Below are positions 1 to 12,849 of a stretch of DNA of 64,000 bases, piece after piece (the first letter of the stretch is position 1; each line of letters begins with the position of its first letter). The notes under the pieces are model-generated. The model was not told the origin of the DNA. It saw only the letters and a program-made list of their open reading frames with translations, and ran no database searches. Origin of the DNA: Lama guanicoe. Its lineage: Eukaryota. The translations under genes were made by a program, and so were the position numbers. The stretch is from positions 992,001 through 1,056,000 of the forward strand of contig MU053758.1 in the NCBI GenBank assembly GCA_013239625.1, written 5' to 3'.

Positions 1-634
1 TAGGCAAACTCTGCCAACTAGGCTTTCTTTCCCTGATTCCCAGGCTGTTCTGAGAGGCCTGGTATCTCTGGTGTAGAGCTGCCTGTGGGGCTGACCGGCT
101 GTCAGCAGCTGTGTGTGTTCATTTCCCTCATGGGACCCATCACAGCCCACCACCTCGCCACTTGGCAGTGTGCCACGGAGGGAAGCATTTTTGTGGCTCT
201 GGGCAACAGTATCCCAAGTCCTTGCCTCCAGGGATGGGAGTGAGTTCCAAGAGGCTTCTCTTCTAGTGCTTGTCCTCAAAGAGGGCATCTGGTTCCACTG
301 TAGACACTCTTAACCTGATGGTGAGCAGCTGGCCACCTTTTATCCCCAACACGTGATCATGGAACAGAAAACAGGCTACAGACTCCTCCCTTTTGCCCAC
401 AGTCAGGCACTGGCATTGCTCTGCCCTGAATCACCAGGGTGGCACATGCACCCCCGCCTACATTTACTGGATGCCTCCGGTGGGTGGGCGCTCTGCTGGG
501 CCTGTCATTAATATCTACCTCCTTCTGGAAAACACCTAGCATCTGGAGAATTGAGAGCATTTCTTCCACATCTCCAAGGCAGTGCAGTGGAGGTTTGTGG
601 GAGAGAACTTGGAGCTTACTTCACTCCATTAATA

Positions 635-851
635 CAGGGCTTCTCAACCTGGCACTACTGACATTTGGGCCAGATAATTTTACATTCCTGGGGGCACCGC
701 TGGATGTTCAGCAGCACCCCTGGTCTCTATCCAGTAGATGCCAGTACTACTGGCCCCTCCAGTCCCCCCTCCCATTCTGACAACTAAAAATGTTTCTAGA
801 CATTGTCCAAGGTCCCCTGGGAACAAAACCGCCCCTGGTTGAGAACCACTA
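635..851 (+). mobile_element. MER20-like hAT-Charlie non-autonomous DNA transposon
   Basis: Starts CAGGGCTTCTCAACCTGGCACTACTGACATTTGGGCCAGATAATT and ends GAGAACCACT; matches the MER20 consensus as recalled; terminal inverted repeat remnants. Confidence 0.8.
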
Positions 852-3800
852 CTTCAGGGCATTTGGGTGTGCGGAGGGCCAAGCACAGAGAAGCTGCCCT
901 GCCTTCTAGAAGTTTTAACTTTAGTCACTGGACTGTGTGATGGGTTATGGCTAGGTTGGGAAGACACAGAGTTTAAATGCCATGAATTCCTCAGGGTTTA
1001 AGAACCAGCAAGCCAGCCCTCATGCTCCACAGGAGACTTTGAGACTTACTGGCCTGCACGGCTGCAGGTTTGCACTGTAAGAATGGTGCTTGAATGGAGA
1101 AGCCGGTACTTGATGATTTAGAGCTCCGTCACAGCCAGTCCCTGCTGTTTGGAGCGCGGAAGTTACCATCCTTGTTTCCCTGTTTCTGTGGCAGAAGTCT
1201 AAAAGGAAGTCTTGACCAGGACGGAGGTGGACACTGTGTACTACTTCAGAGCAAGAAACAGGTTCACAGAAAGGGCACGGCAGGTCGCTGCAGCCGAGGG
1301 CCCGCGCCGGGTCCCTGCGCTTCGCGCTGGGGATGGTGCAGCGCCGACGGCAGATCCCGGGCAGAAGCGGGGAGTCAGGACAGACTGTCATCTCGCGGCT
1401 GTGATTCTCCTGGTCCTTCGTGTTAGCTTAGGGGAAAGTTTTCTCATACAAAAAGACTCCTAGGAGCTCTGTCAAGAATCGAAAAAATAAAGCAAAACCA
1501 CCAAAACCCAAGAGAGGATGAGGGGTCCGGTGTCTTTGTCGTCCTTGCCTGCAGAGGCCGGTCAGGAGGGCCACCGCTGGCCCCGATGCCAGCCAGAGCG
1601 CTGTCGGTGCCGCCTCCCCTGGGCCCTGAGTCTGAGGCACCTGGAAGGGTTATTAGCAGGATTGGAACTCATCCCTCTGCTGGGACTAGATCATAATTAC
1701 AGTAATTTTCTAACAGAGCGCGGCAGTAGGACTGTTTAATCAGCATCTGACTCCCCTGTGATCCCAGCCCTCATCACTCAAGGAGAGGAGTGGGATGGAT
1801 CTTAAAGAGACAGTGCCCGCCTTTCAGCGCTGCTAACAGATGTACCCTAATTGGTAGAATATATCTAAGTCTCGTAGCTCATAGCAGGCAGGTTGCATCG
1901 CCTCCAGCAAACCGCCTCGGGCTCTTACTACTCTGGGCCTTCTGCTGGAGGGATTCAGTCAGGCTGCTAGTGGCCTGGCTTCCCACATCAACACGGCCAC
2001 CAGGGGAAGGGACACACACAGGGCTAGAGCACTTACGAGGGATGTAACTAGATTCGAAAGGATGGCTTGAAGGAAAAAGTGCTTGGCTGAAGACAGGAAG
2101 GAGGGACTTGACAGCCACAGAGGATAAGTCTTGGCTGGCAGCTTCCCATAACCCAAAGATAACAGCAGCGTCTCGTGTTCCTGCCCTTCCAAGGGGAAAA
2201 AATCCTTGAAGACTTTCGGGGAGTCCTTTCGTTCTCCCACTAGCTTCGCATCTCATTCACCCCGTTCATCCTTCCTGCCTCTTTCACGGCAATGTCAGTT
2301 CCCCTTGTTTTTCTCTTTTGCTTGTGGAAATGGACCAGGTCTCCCCTGAATGGAAGTACATTCACTCTGCTGAGTCAGGAGCGCACCATCTCCTAAAATG
2401 TGTGGCTCTTATTATACTTTTGAACAGAAATGGTCCATGTTTATTTATCTTGAAATTTGAGGTTCCAGCTTTCTAAGCTCCAAATCCAGCCATTACTGTG
2501 CTGGAACTGGTTTCCCCCATAAATTATTTCTCTAGAAGATGCTAGGACTGGCCCCTGCTGCCCTGCCCTGTGGTAAGCCATATGCATACCTGGTCTTCGT
2601 AGCAGTTCCTGAAAAGAGTTTCTTAGAAGAGCTGGGGCAGGGAGCAGATGAGAGATAGGAGGTGGGTGGGGGCTTCCAACGCAGACTGAGGAAACTCTCA
2701 GGAAAGAAGTGGTAAAGAGAGCAGGAAGAGGGATGCTCATCCACAGTTCAGAGAAAGCTTACCCTGAACCAGGCCATGCGCCCTCTGCAGGGCTCAGTAC
2801 CTGCTGGCAGAGGGCTACCCAGGAGAGGCGGCTTATGATCAGTGCCCAGGTACAACTGAGGACACACCATCCTGTGCTGCAGTGGCTACCTGCTTGGCTT
2901 TAGCTGCATCTCAGCTGGCGGCTCCCACACAAATCCGCAGATGCCACACGGGCCCCTAATGAACGCTCCTGGGGCCTCTACGAGGCAGGCCAGGAGCTGG
3001 TCTGTTTCCACTCCTGCCTCCAACCTTGCATCCTCCCAAACCCTAAGGTGTTAAAAATATTCAGCAAGAGCTGAGGCATATAAAGAAATTCACAAACACG
3101 GAGCTGAGTGTCCAATCAGACTGTTAAAAAGTCATCTCCTAGGCAAAGCTACCAGAGGGGGTACAGGGTACCTAGGACTTGGGGGTGTGGCTCTAAAGCC
3201 TTAACGGTCAGAAAACTGAGGATTGTGGAGGAGCTCTGATTTCTAAGAACAACTCTGAAAAGTTTTGCAGAGGGAATTTTTTTCCCTCAAGTAGCGGTGG
3301 GGTTTTTTTTTTAAGTTTTTTGGGGGGTAAAAAAACACCTTATTTTATAGAATTTGGAAAGTACCTCTCACATGAGTATATTCTACCACCATCTAAAAAC
3401 ATGCCTTTTAAAAACCATGCTCAGCCCGGTTTCCTCAGCTAGAAAATGAGTTTAATACTTGCCTGCTCTCCTCATTGGGCACTGTGGTCAAATAAAACGA
3501 TGCGTATGAAACTTACTACTTTCATACAAGAAAACCTACCCCCTCCTCCACTCACATACACACACACCCCCTCCTTCCACCAAACAAAACAAAACCCATG
3601 AGCTTGGAATCACTTATCCTGGGTAACAGATGACTAGACTTGGGCCATGGAAGGAGCTGTCAGAAGAAAGGTGACTGTAAGTTAGGCACAGAACCTACTT
3701 TAAATCTAAATTCTAACAAAAAATACTTCCATTCTACAAAGCAGCTCCATGGACCAACCCCTCCCCCGTTAGCACCCCCCATCTTCCGTACAGAGGCCAT

Positions 3801-4881
3801 CAACCACGGTGGCCAGCCCTCAGTACACACAGGGACAGAGCAAAACGTGAGCAGATGGTACTGCCTAAATGGAGAGGAAAATCCATCTTTATTTTTCTGG
3901 TAACTCCAGGCCTGTGTTCTTAGAAAAACTCTTCCCCTCAGGACATCTCCTTCCATGGCCTACACTCAACTCTGCGCAAGATAGTGAGGGGATGGTGCCT
4001 GGCCTTAGATTAACTGAGGTGCTGTTGGATGCATGGTTGTTAATGGATCATTAAAAAAGCCGGCAGTCAGAAAAATCGCATCCGTGTCTTTGAATGGCTC
4101 CTGCTGTCCCCGCAGCCTACCCTGCTGGCAGAACGAGCTGCTGAGCACCAACTCCAGGAAGAAAGGAGCGAACAGAAGAAGGCCAACCCGGCTTGCTGTT
4201 TTTTGGCTGAGTAGGGAATTGACACAGACCACCTCCGGCTCCTGTCTGGAAGTTTTGAGATCAGAGAGCTTCAGGCACAGCTGGGTTCACAGCTGCACCA
4301 TTTGGAGCATTGGACTTATTAATATTCATGAGTCATCCCCACCAATCGGCAGAGCGGATGCCATTAGCTTAGCATCTGTCGGGTTTTTGTGAGGGTTGTG
4401 TATGGAGTTTTTTTCCCCTTTTAAATGAACTTCTTTTGACATTTTGGATTTGCCTCTGTGGGTTTTCTATCCTCGCCTTGCTCTGCTGCATCATATAAAG
4501 GAGAGACCCAGGGGAGGCGGGCAGGAAAGAGAGATGCGTCCCAGCCAGGACTCTGCATCTGCCTGTTGACAAACTTTATTTCTCTTTCAGCACCTGGCAC
4601 CGCAGACAGGCTGCGAGGATGGAAGCGGCATCAGGTAAATTATACCTAACAAGGTTCGTGCCCAGAACTGTGAGAAGAGCTGGATCCTAGCTCTTTGGAA
4701 GGCAATTCTTCCTCCAATGGTGAACTTGAGCTGCACACACAATGCAGGAGAGCTGCCACGCACGGTTCTGAACCATTATTTCCATGCTGATAAACTCATG
4801 ATTTATGGAAGCCCTCACTCCCTCCTCCACTGCTACAGCTTGTTAGACACCAATTGCCACAACAGTCTTAAACACTTGAAT

Positions 4882-4887
4882 TTTATT
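4882..4887 (-). terminator. SNX11: Candidate SNX11 polyadenylation signal (AATAAA); second candidate at 4575-4580
   Basis: TTTATT on + strand about 1.2 kb past the SNX11 stop codon; which signal is used cannot be told from sequence. Confidence 0.5.
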
Positions 4888-6105
4888 TCAGGCCAAAGCC
4901 CCTCAACTCTGAACTAAATGCCATGACAGTCCCACAGCATAGGCTGGTAGTAAAAGAGCCCGGGGACAGGGTGGGATGGCCAGAGGGAGGAGCGGGCGAG
5001 AAGAAGAACCACACACGCAAACCCAAGTGCAGAGCGAGGCAGAATGCCAGCGGCACTCACCTCCTCGCGGCTCTGGCTCTCGGTGGAGAGAATTACGGCA
5101 GCAGGAGGGCAGAATGCCTCATTGTCTGAAGGAAGCCGTGTTGTTCCTCATCTCCATCCCCAGAGCCCTCTCTCCAGGCAGAAACAAAGCCCCTGCACGC
5201 CACTGGATTGAACATACGGCCTCCCTACATCACAGCAGAGGGACACTGTGGTGGCTGAAGCCCTGGGGGCAGGGAGCTGTTACTAAGGGAGAAGAAAAGG
5301 ATCCGAAAAAGAAAGGAGCCCACGCTAACCCTGCAGAGAAGACAGTCACGTCTCTGCTTTATAACCAGAGAGACAGTGACAGCCCAGGGCAGCCTTTCCA
5401 AAACAAAGCCCCCTGGGCCGTTCCCTCTCCTCTGGCCCCTTGTCTTTCATGGATGGCCTTGAGCTATTTCATGGGTCTCAGGCCCCACACAGCCAGGCTG
5501 AGGTCTTGGGATGCACAGGAAACCCCAGCGACAGGCCTCACAGCACCGTTCCATTCAGTGGTGTTAGTGGAGGGAAAGCAAGGAGGTGGGAGAATAAATA
5601 TTCACCCCCCTGTCCATGCAAGGAGGTAGGCAAGGGGCCAGCCTCCCAGAAACAAAGTGCTCCAGGGGCTGCAGCAAAAACAGAGCCAGTGGGAATACAG
5701 TGCACAAGCATTCCTGGTGGAACAATATTCAATACGGCAGCTTAAAACCTGCCACCTACAGATCCCCAAAACCGGTCACCTGAGACAGTGCTCCTGGGCC
5801 CATTAACAAACCTCTAAAGAAATTCAGCTCCAGGAGAGTAAATATGGAGTTCAGTTCAAAACCAACAACCCCTGGGCCTTGTGCTTAACTTACAAGCATC
5901 TGCACAGTGTCTATTCCTATGCAGGAAGCTTGAGGAGTTGTTGTGACCGCCCTCCACGCACCCAATCCCGAGCAGAGGCAACGGGAAGACACGAAGCAGC
6001 CCAGCCTCCCCACCACCTGCCTGTGCCCGGCCCCACTTGAGCAAGTCTCCCTGCCCGTATCTTCTTCGTCCGCCTCAGAGCACAACCCAGCGCTCCGACC
6101 AGAGC

Positions 6106-6379
6106 TCACTTTTCTAAAGCTATTTCCAACTGACCAGGGTCCAAAGGCACAGCATGGTCGCCTCCCACGGCCCTCCTCACAGGCTGAGGAGCAGAGATTC
6201 CCTCATCAGGTCTTGCAAAACCACAGCATGACGGGGAGGAGGGTGGCGGGAGCGGGTGGCTCTCCAAGGAAGGCGCCTCAGAGTCAACAACAGGAGTCCA
6301 CACCTCGAAGTGGTCCTTTTCTTCCCCGGGAGGCGGTGAGGAAGAGCTCCTCCTGCCTGATCTTGGAAGAAAGCAGCAA
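6106..6379 (-). CDS. SNX11: SNX11 last coding exon ([10 protein letters not shown]...IALEK*)
   Basis: Acceptor ttttccag at 6380-6387; frame of ORF 6106..6480; stop ends at 6106. Confidence 0.93.
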
Positions 6380-9300
6380 CTGGAAAAGAGTGGGAAAGGG
6401 AAACAAAGGGCATGAACAGATGAACAAAAATGAAAGGACAAACACAAGTGAATGGACATCAAAAGGAGGTCTAGCCACATGGCAGAATATTACTCAGCCG
6501 TAGAAAGGAATAAAGTGCTGACACACATACAATGCGGATGCACCATGAAAGTGCGCTAAGTGAGAGAAGCCAGTCACAAAAGACCACATATCATGGGACT
6601 CCATCTGTGTGAAATGTCCAGAATGGGTGAATCCATAGACACGGAAAGTAGACAGTGGTGGCCAGGGCTGGGGGGCGGGGAAAATGGGGAGTCACTGCTG
6701 ATGAGTACACGACTTCTTCTGGGGTGATGAAATTGTTCTAGAATTGACTGTGGTGACTGATGGCTGCACAACTTTGTGAATAAACTAAAAACTACTGAAC
6801 TGTACACTAAAAGAGTGAATTCTACGTATGCGAATTGTATTTCAATAAAGTTGTTTTTTAAAGAAAACGGGGGTGAGCGGTAGTGGATAAAGAACAAACC
6901 AAATAAGAAAGCCTTCTGTTCTTTCTCCCCAGGTTCCAATAGGAGAGCCTGCTCCCCAGGGATGGGCCCCCAGCCCCCACAGAACCCTGGGCGTGGGAGA
7001 GAACATGGGATGTGCACGGGCCTCTTCTGAAAGGCTACCAGCCCTGGGACATGACTTTCTCTACCAGTGGATACCTCATGGGCCCAGATCACAGCATCCC
7101 CAGCCCCTGGTGCTTCAGAAAAGAGTCTGCAGTTACCTCTTAGGCGGGTCTCCTTTAGCCAGGTGAGAAGAGCCCCGCCTCTCTTCCTGGGCCCAGCCAC
7201 AGTTTGACATAGCATAGTGAAGAATGGCATCTGAAACGGACATGGGGCTTCGGCCCTGGACACAGGCTTCTATCTCAGGCACCGAGAGCTGGCTTTGCAG
7301 GAAGAGGTGTAACTGGCTGTCTGACAGGAGGACCACACTCTGCAGGACTCTGGGCCAAACACAAATAGTGCAACACAGCGCATCACTCTGAGCAGTGGCT
7401 CTCCCCAGTTCCGTCCTCTGAAGGGCTTTGGCCTGAGTGAGCACTGAAGGCATGAGGGTGCAACAAAAGCATCTAACACATGCGTGCTTCCGTGTTCCAG
7501 GGGCCACCCGGCCCGGCACCTCCCCACACCCCGCCCCCTCTCCGGGAGGCAAGTGCCAGGCCGCCAAGCACACTCACTTTTCAAGGAAGTGCTGCAGACC
7601 TTGTCGCCGCTTCTCAATGAACTCATCTGAGCTGCCAAAGAAGGTTGACTTCCCAGGAAGTTCTGGTACAGGCCTGTGAGATCACATAATGTAACACCCA
7701 AGGTAAGCGTATCATCCAAGACAGTCATTCCAGTCCCTGATCAAGCAAATTCCCTAAACAGAGGCACAAATCAATACAAATAGCACTTAATAAGGTGGCA
7801 GCGGAAGGGGGCCCACATTGCGTGTCAGGCACTGTGCTGGTTTACAAACCTTACTTCATTTAATCCTCCCCAAAACCCCACAAGAAAGATATTAGTGCCC
7901 CCATCTGAGTGCTAAGGAATAGAACCCAAGTTTAGTAAATTTCCCAAAGTCACACAGCATAGCAAGCAGCAGAGCTGGTATCCACGCCAAGTCTCTGACT
8001 TAAAAACTGCATGCTGCTAAACTACACTGGTTACAAAACCCACTCCCACCATCAGCTATTACTTTAAAAGGAAGAAACTTGGACATGGAGACATGGAGAA
8101 TGTTGAGTCCTTGTGTGTAAATTACGACCACCTTCTCCAATCCCAGAAGGTACATGCTTGGAATTTTCTAGAGGTAGCTGAGTTGCAGCAAATCATCCGC
8201 AAAATCTTTAAGCCTCCCTAGCCTCTCCGCTGAAGCATGCCGCATGCTTTAACAACAACAAGCCAGACTGGACGGTGCAGGATCTGCTCAGAGGAAGTGC
8301 CTACTGGCTTATGAGGGCCTGACTCATGACAGTGGCCTCCTCAGTCCCACACGTTAACTAACTGGCCGGGTCATCAACAGTCACCAGAGCGTTGAGTGCC
8401 CACGCTGTGGTGGAGTCATGTTCTAAACTGTCTCCATGGTTTTAGGACTATTTGGATGTAAGTGAGGAGTGAACAACACTGCTTTTCCTGAGGCTCTCAG
8501 TCTCATATCTCTGGATAAAAGTTCCCACACAAAAAAGTAAAAACAAACAAACAAACAATTTTTACATATCAAATGGACAGGAACACCACCTGTCAAAATA
8601 GTCCAGGCGCTAAAAAGTTCCTGACAACCAGTAATAGGCACACTTAAAAAGCTAGCAGTACATTTGTTTAGTCCCATGATATAAAACAAGAAAAATATTT
8701 TTGTTATTTGTTTGGCTTTGTTAGGTCAAAATATCAGACAGAAGACCCCTGTCTTTACTTTTTTCACTGACTTGAAAATATAATTTAAGAGCACATTTCT
8801 GAATTTCCTTAGTACATGCCAAGTTTTCTTCATCATCAATTCCAGTTGCCAAGTAAGCACCTAAAAAGCCAGAGTCGGAGCCAAGGAGGAAGCAAGAGCA
8901 AACTCACACTAAACCAGCATTTCTCTGCAGCTGCTTTCTCAGCCACACGAACTCCCGGTAGCGGCGACGCACACAGGACGTCTTGGCAGTAAAGGCCTTG
9001 CTGTTGGTCTACAGGCAGAAGCACACGAAAAAGGTTTAGTGGGAAAAGTCCAAGTTCACATGAACTCCCCACAGTCACTCCGGCTGAGGACCCAAGCCAC
9101 CAAGCCACAGTCCTGACCAGGGGCTCCAAGCAGCCTGAAGGCAACTCCAGGCTCTCTTTCCTCTCCTTCCTCCTTTTCTTCTGTCAAAACATCCACAAAC
9201 AGGTTGACTCAGCACTGGCCTTCAGCCCTGGACAGCGTTGACCCCAATACTGAAGTTTGATGCACTTACGTGAAGAAATATCTTATAATCCACATATGAA

Positions 9301-9834
9301 TTCCAGGAGCCCTCATTCTGCACACGGGGGTCCTGAACACGCACAGTGATCACCTCCTGGAGGTAAGAAACGCTCCTTCAGCTTCAGCTCAGCCCCACGG
9401 TAAGGCAGCTTTGACACACAGGTTGCCAGACTTTTCCACCCAGCCTCAACTCTCATTCATTTGTTCATTTATTCATTCAATTGAACAAATATTTACCGAC
9501 CACCCTCTAGGTGGCAGGCACTGTTCTAAGGCACCTGGCACAGAACATGAAGAGACAAAAATCCTTGCCCTTATGAAGCTTACATTCTAGTACATTCCAA
9601 CGAATGGAAAAGTTAGTGAAAATGGAACCCCATTTCCCAGTAACACCTTTTCTACTATTTCCTTCTGGCTTTACTTTGAGCTCATCAAAACCACCTGGGT
9701 GTTACTGTCAGAAGAACACCGCCAAGCAATATTCGAATCTCCCAAATCCCCTCAAACTTTTACCCACCTGTTCCTGGTGACCACATGCTTACCTCCTGCT
9801 CTTGGTTCTCCAACATCCTACACCAAAAGCCCAT
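6106..9834 (-). CDS. SNX11: Sorting nexin 11 (PX domain), spliced CDS complement(join(6106..6379,7137..7349,7578..7673,8908..9008,9270..9356,9793..9834)), 270 aa
   Basis: Exon lengths 42+87+101+96+213+274=813 nt (270 aa + stop), all GT-AG with consistent phases. Translation [67 protein letters not shown]...[12 protein letters not shown] is recognisable as SNX11, including the PX RRYREF motif. Confidence 0.96.
6440..6862 (+). mobile_element. Old L1 (L1MB-like) 3' end fragment in the last SNX11 intron
   Basis: Typical L1M 3' UTR motifs (GAATATTACTCAGCC, GCTAAGTGAGAGAAGCCAGTCACAAAAG, GAAAGTAGA..GTGG..GCCAGGGCTGGG) ending TCAATAAAGTTGTTTTTTAAA. Confidence 0.8.
7137..7349 (-). CDS. SNX11: SNX11 coding exon 5 ([18 protein letters not shown]...KGDPPK)
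   Basis: 213 nt, cccag acceptor and gtaact donor; phase 2 on both sides. Confidence 0.94.
7578..7673 (-). CDS. SNX11: SNX11 coding exon 4 ([31 protein letters not shown])
   Basis: 96 nt, cacag acceptor, gtgagt donor; PX-domain proline loop. Confidence 0.94.
7820..8005 (-). mobile_element. MIR SINE fragment
   Basis: CAGGCACTGTGCT...CATTTAATCCTC...CCCAAAGTCACACAGC..GCAGAGCTGG matches the reverse MIR core. Confidence 0.65.
8908..9008 (-). CDS. SNX11: SNX11 coding exon 3 ([33 protein letters not shown])
   Basis: 101 nt, tgtag acceptor, gtgagt donor. Confidence 0.95.
9270..9356 (-). CDS. SNX11: SNX11 coding exon 2 ([29 protein letters not shown])
   Basis: 87 nt, ccag acceptor, gtaagt donor, phase 0/0. 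Confidence 0.95.
9455..9590 (-). mobile_element. L2 LINE 3' end fragment
   Basis: TTCATTCATT..CAAATATTTA..GGCACTGTTCTAAG..CCTTGCCCTTATGAAGCTTACATTCTAG is the reverse L2 3' terminus. Confidence 0.7.
9793..9834 (-). CDS. SNX11: SNX11 first coding exon ([14 protein letters not shown]); whole exon 9793..9847
   Basis: ATG at 9834, gtaagc donor, cag acceptor at 9848-9850. Confidence 0.92.
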
Positions 9835-12800
9835 TGGAAGGAAACACCTGAGGAGGGACAGAAGACACAGGGCCGTCACTGTTAGTATGCTTCTGCTCTT
9901 ACCACTCTGCCAGGGCAAAACCCTGAAACTGTCATCGACACGCCCCCCCCTGGGGAAAGCCAGGCACCTTTTTTTGTTCTTGTGTAAAACTTAAGAGGAA
10001 GCAAAAAATTCCCCCACCTAAGCTCAGTGCAAAGTTGAAAGCCCTGGGGGATTTGCCTCCCTTCTCAGACCACAGCAGCGGGGACCCTTAACCAGACCAC
10101 CTCTGGGCAAAACACGTTCAGGTCTGCACAGTGTCGCCTCAGGCAGCCAGAACAGGCAGTCTGGGTTGTAAAACCTTTCTTCCTGAGGACTGCAGGCAGG
10201 CAGTGTCTGTGGGCACACACAGCACAGCTCTGCCACGGAGCCTCACATCGCCCCCTCCTGGATGCTTAGAGACAACCAGGCCCCCACAAACACCAGTGCA
10301 CCTAAATCTCTCTTTGTCTTGCTAAGCACAGTCACTGCCTCGGAGGTACACCTCAGAGTTGGAGAGTTCCAGGGGCACCTGAGTGGGCTGCCCAGTTGTG
10401 ACCTTACCTAATCCGATCTCGGGAACCCAAGCCAATGGGTCTAAACATTTCCTCTCTCGCGACATGCCACCCAGTTTGTACCTCTGCCCAAGCACCCTAC
10501 AGCTGCACAGGTCGACTCAGGATGTTTTCCGCTCCTTTGCAAAGATTCATTAAAGCCTAAGCCACTGATTTCCCCCAGTGTGGCAGTTTACATGTGCAGC
10601 GACATCGCCCACTCCGACAAGGGGATCATGAAGGCTGCAGCACAGGGTTATTCAAATCCAAAGGGGCCCATGATGTCACCTTCTGTTAAAATACAGCACT
10701 AATCTTGTTGCTCCTAGAACCACACCAGCAGCATCCACTCTGGCTGCTGCTGCCTCCACCCTCTTCTCCTCTCTTAAGTGCAGAACAATAAGCTTTAATT
10801 TCCCTTTCCAATTTACCTTGAAATGAAAACTGACTTCAGCCAATATGTACTGCCAACAAACGATCCAGGCTGGCTCCTGGGAAAACAAGACTATCTCTAA
10901 GCGCTCCCTCTCCTCCCACCCCGTGCCCATTCACACACCCACTCATTTTTACAGTCCCACAATTAATTTTAAACACATTCTCTTATTAGTTCTGCCTTAC
11001 CATTAGAAGAGCGTGTAATGAGTTTCCTTCTATTTTATGTTGTACTAACACAAGGCTAACGTTCAAGAGAAGAGGAACTCATTTACACCACAAAATTAGA
11101 AGAGTACACAGCTTTCCCAGTCCTTCCCAATATACCAAAAGGTCTCTCTGCACAGACACCGCAGAGACGAGGCTGCGTGATACAGGACAAAGTTGGACTA
11201 CACCATCTAGCAAACTGGAGATTTTTGTGACTGCAATACTATCTTAAACAGTATTCTTGCTGACATTTTGATTTTTCATCTGATGCAGTCACCCACCACA
11301 GAGGGGTCCTGAACTGAAAGGTAAGAAATTCCAATTCTGTAACAACTGATGTATAACATCCTGGATGTAAGCAGGCAAATGCCTGTGACAAAACAAGGCA
11401 GGCCAACTTACTGTGAGCAAATTAACCTCTCTGGATTAAAACAGGATTTTTTTTTCCCTATTTTCAGGCATTTGGTAAACTGCCAGCACAGAAAATACAC
11501 TAAAGTGTCTTTTCATGAAAGTAATGACAGGAAAGATGATGACAAGGGAATCATTGTCATCCACACTCTCAGTGGAGCTCTCACATCTCCTGTGCCTTAA
11601 AAGGTCCGCCAAATTCAGGACCATAATTTAGTAACTAAATGCTCATCAGTCGCGGGCTCTGCACCACATCCGAGGGCGAGTTCCTCTGCTCTCCTTTGAA
11701 GCTCATACCACTTACAAACAAATAGCTATAAACTGGCTTTGAAAAAAAATCCTAGGAAACCCAAAATACTGAATAATTTACATCTAAAGGCCTCTAAGAA
11801 AGTTTCATTTAGAGTTTCCTTTAAAACACTGGAACAAACACAAAAACCTAGACTTCAAGTAATAATTTCTAGCAACTATTATTCTCCATCAGCTTCCTCC
11901 CTGTAGATGCCTCTCCTCAGGAGGAAATGAAGCGCCTTTCTGCCCTTGGAGGGGAAGGAGGAAGTTCTTAATTTTAGCTCTCTATATAATTTGGGAGATG
12001 GATCCATGTGTCATCCAAATAAGGACAGAATCAGTGACCCTCTCAGCTACTTACGCAACTCATTCAGCACTAGCTACATTTCCTGGGCCCTTTTAATCAC
12101 ATCTGAAGTTTTCTTTCTCCACATGTACCAGCAGCATATCTCCAGGGAAAACCCAGTTGTTTGCTGTTAACAAAGTAGATTCCTTGTAAAGGAATGTCAT
12201 AACAATCGAAAGTCTTAACAATTCAAGGTAACAATCCAAGGCTTTAGCGCCACCATTTCCCCTCTCATTCAAAATACTTAACATACATTAAAACACAAAT
12301 GAGATGATAAAAGTATATAGAGCCACCGAGACTCCCATCCCTTCTTACTCATTCTTCGCCATTCTACAGATGGCAACTCAATAAGCTCTCCTTCCTAAAC
12401 ACCTACAGCTGGTAGAAGCAGCTCCTGTCTGACCAAGCTCTACCTGTTCTCAATCAAGCAGCTCTGCTCCATCCTTTTGTTTACTTGTAACCCGCCACTC
12501 TTTCCATATGGAAGTTAAGAATAGAAAGGCGACCACAATCTAGCGCAAGTGCCTCCTGTGTCCCCGTAAAATACTTGCCATTACTCCTAGTCCTAGCGTT
12601 TGAAGAAATGTCCCCAAACTCTTTTACTCCAGCCACTCCCCCTGTATTCTTAAAAAACTAGAAGCAAAAAGGCCACATAGTCCTTACTCTCATTTGCCGA
12701 CTAAGCTTGGGTCGTGGGAAGGAAAGCTGCTTTATACTTTAAAAATAAATGGGAAAGCCAAGTTTCCTTCCTTGGATGCCGAGCAAGCACCCGCCTTCAT

Positions 12801-12849
12801 CCCGGGAGGTGAGACTGCTCCTTCCCTAGGATGTCAAGCAAGGTCCCAG

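Noticed and set aside
1..4500. 3' exons of the syntenic neighbour SKAP1
   Set aside because: No SKAP1-like coding sequence recognised; it probably lies outside the window.
4976..6503. 217-aa and 186-aa + strand ORFs
   Set aside because: Antisense to the SNX11 3' UTR and last exon; no homology recognised.
6574..7263. 229-aa - strand ORF
   Set aside because: Out of frame with the SNX11 exon and runs through intron into antisense L1 sequence.
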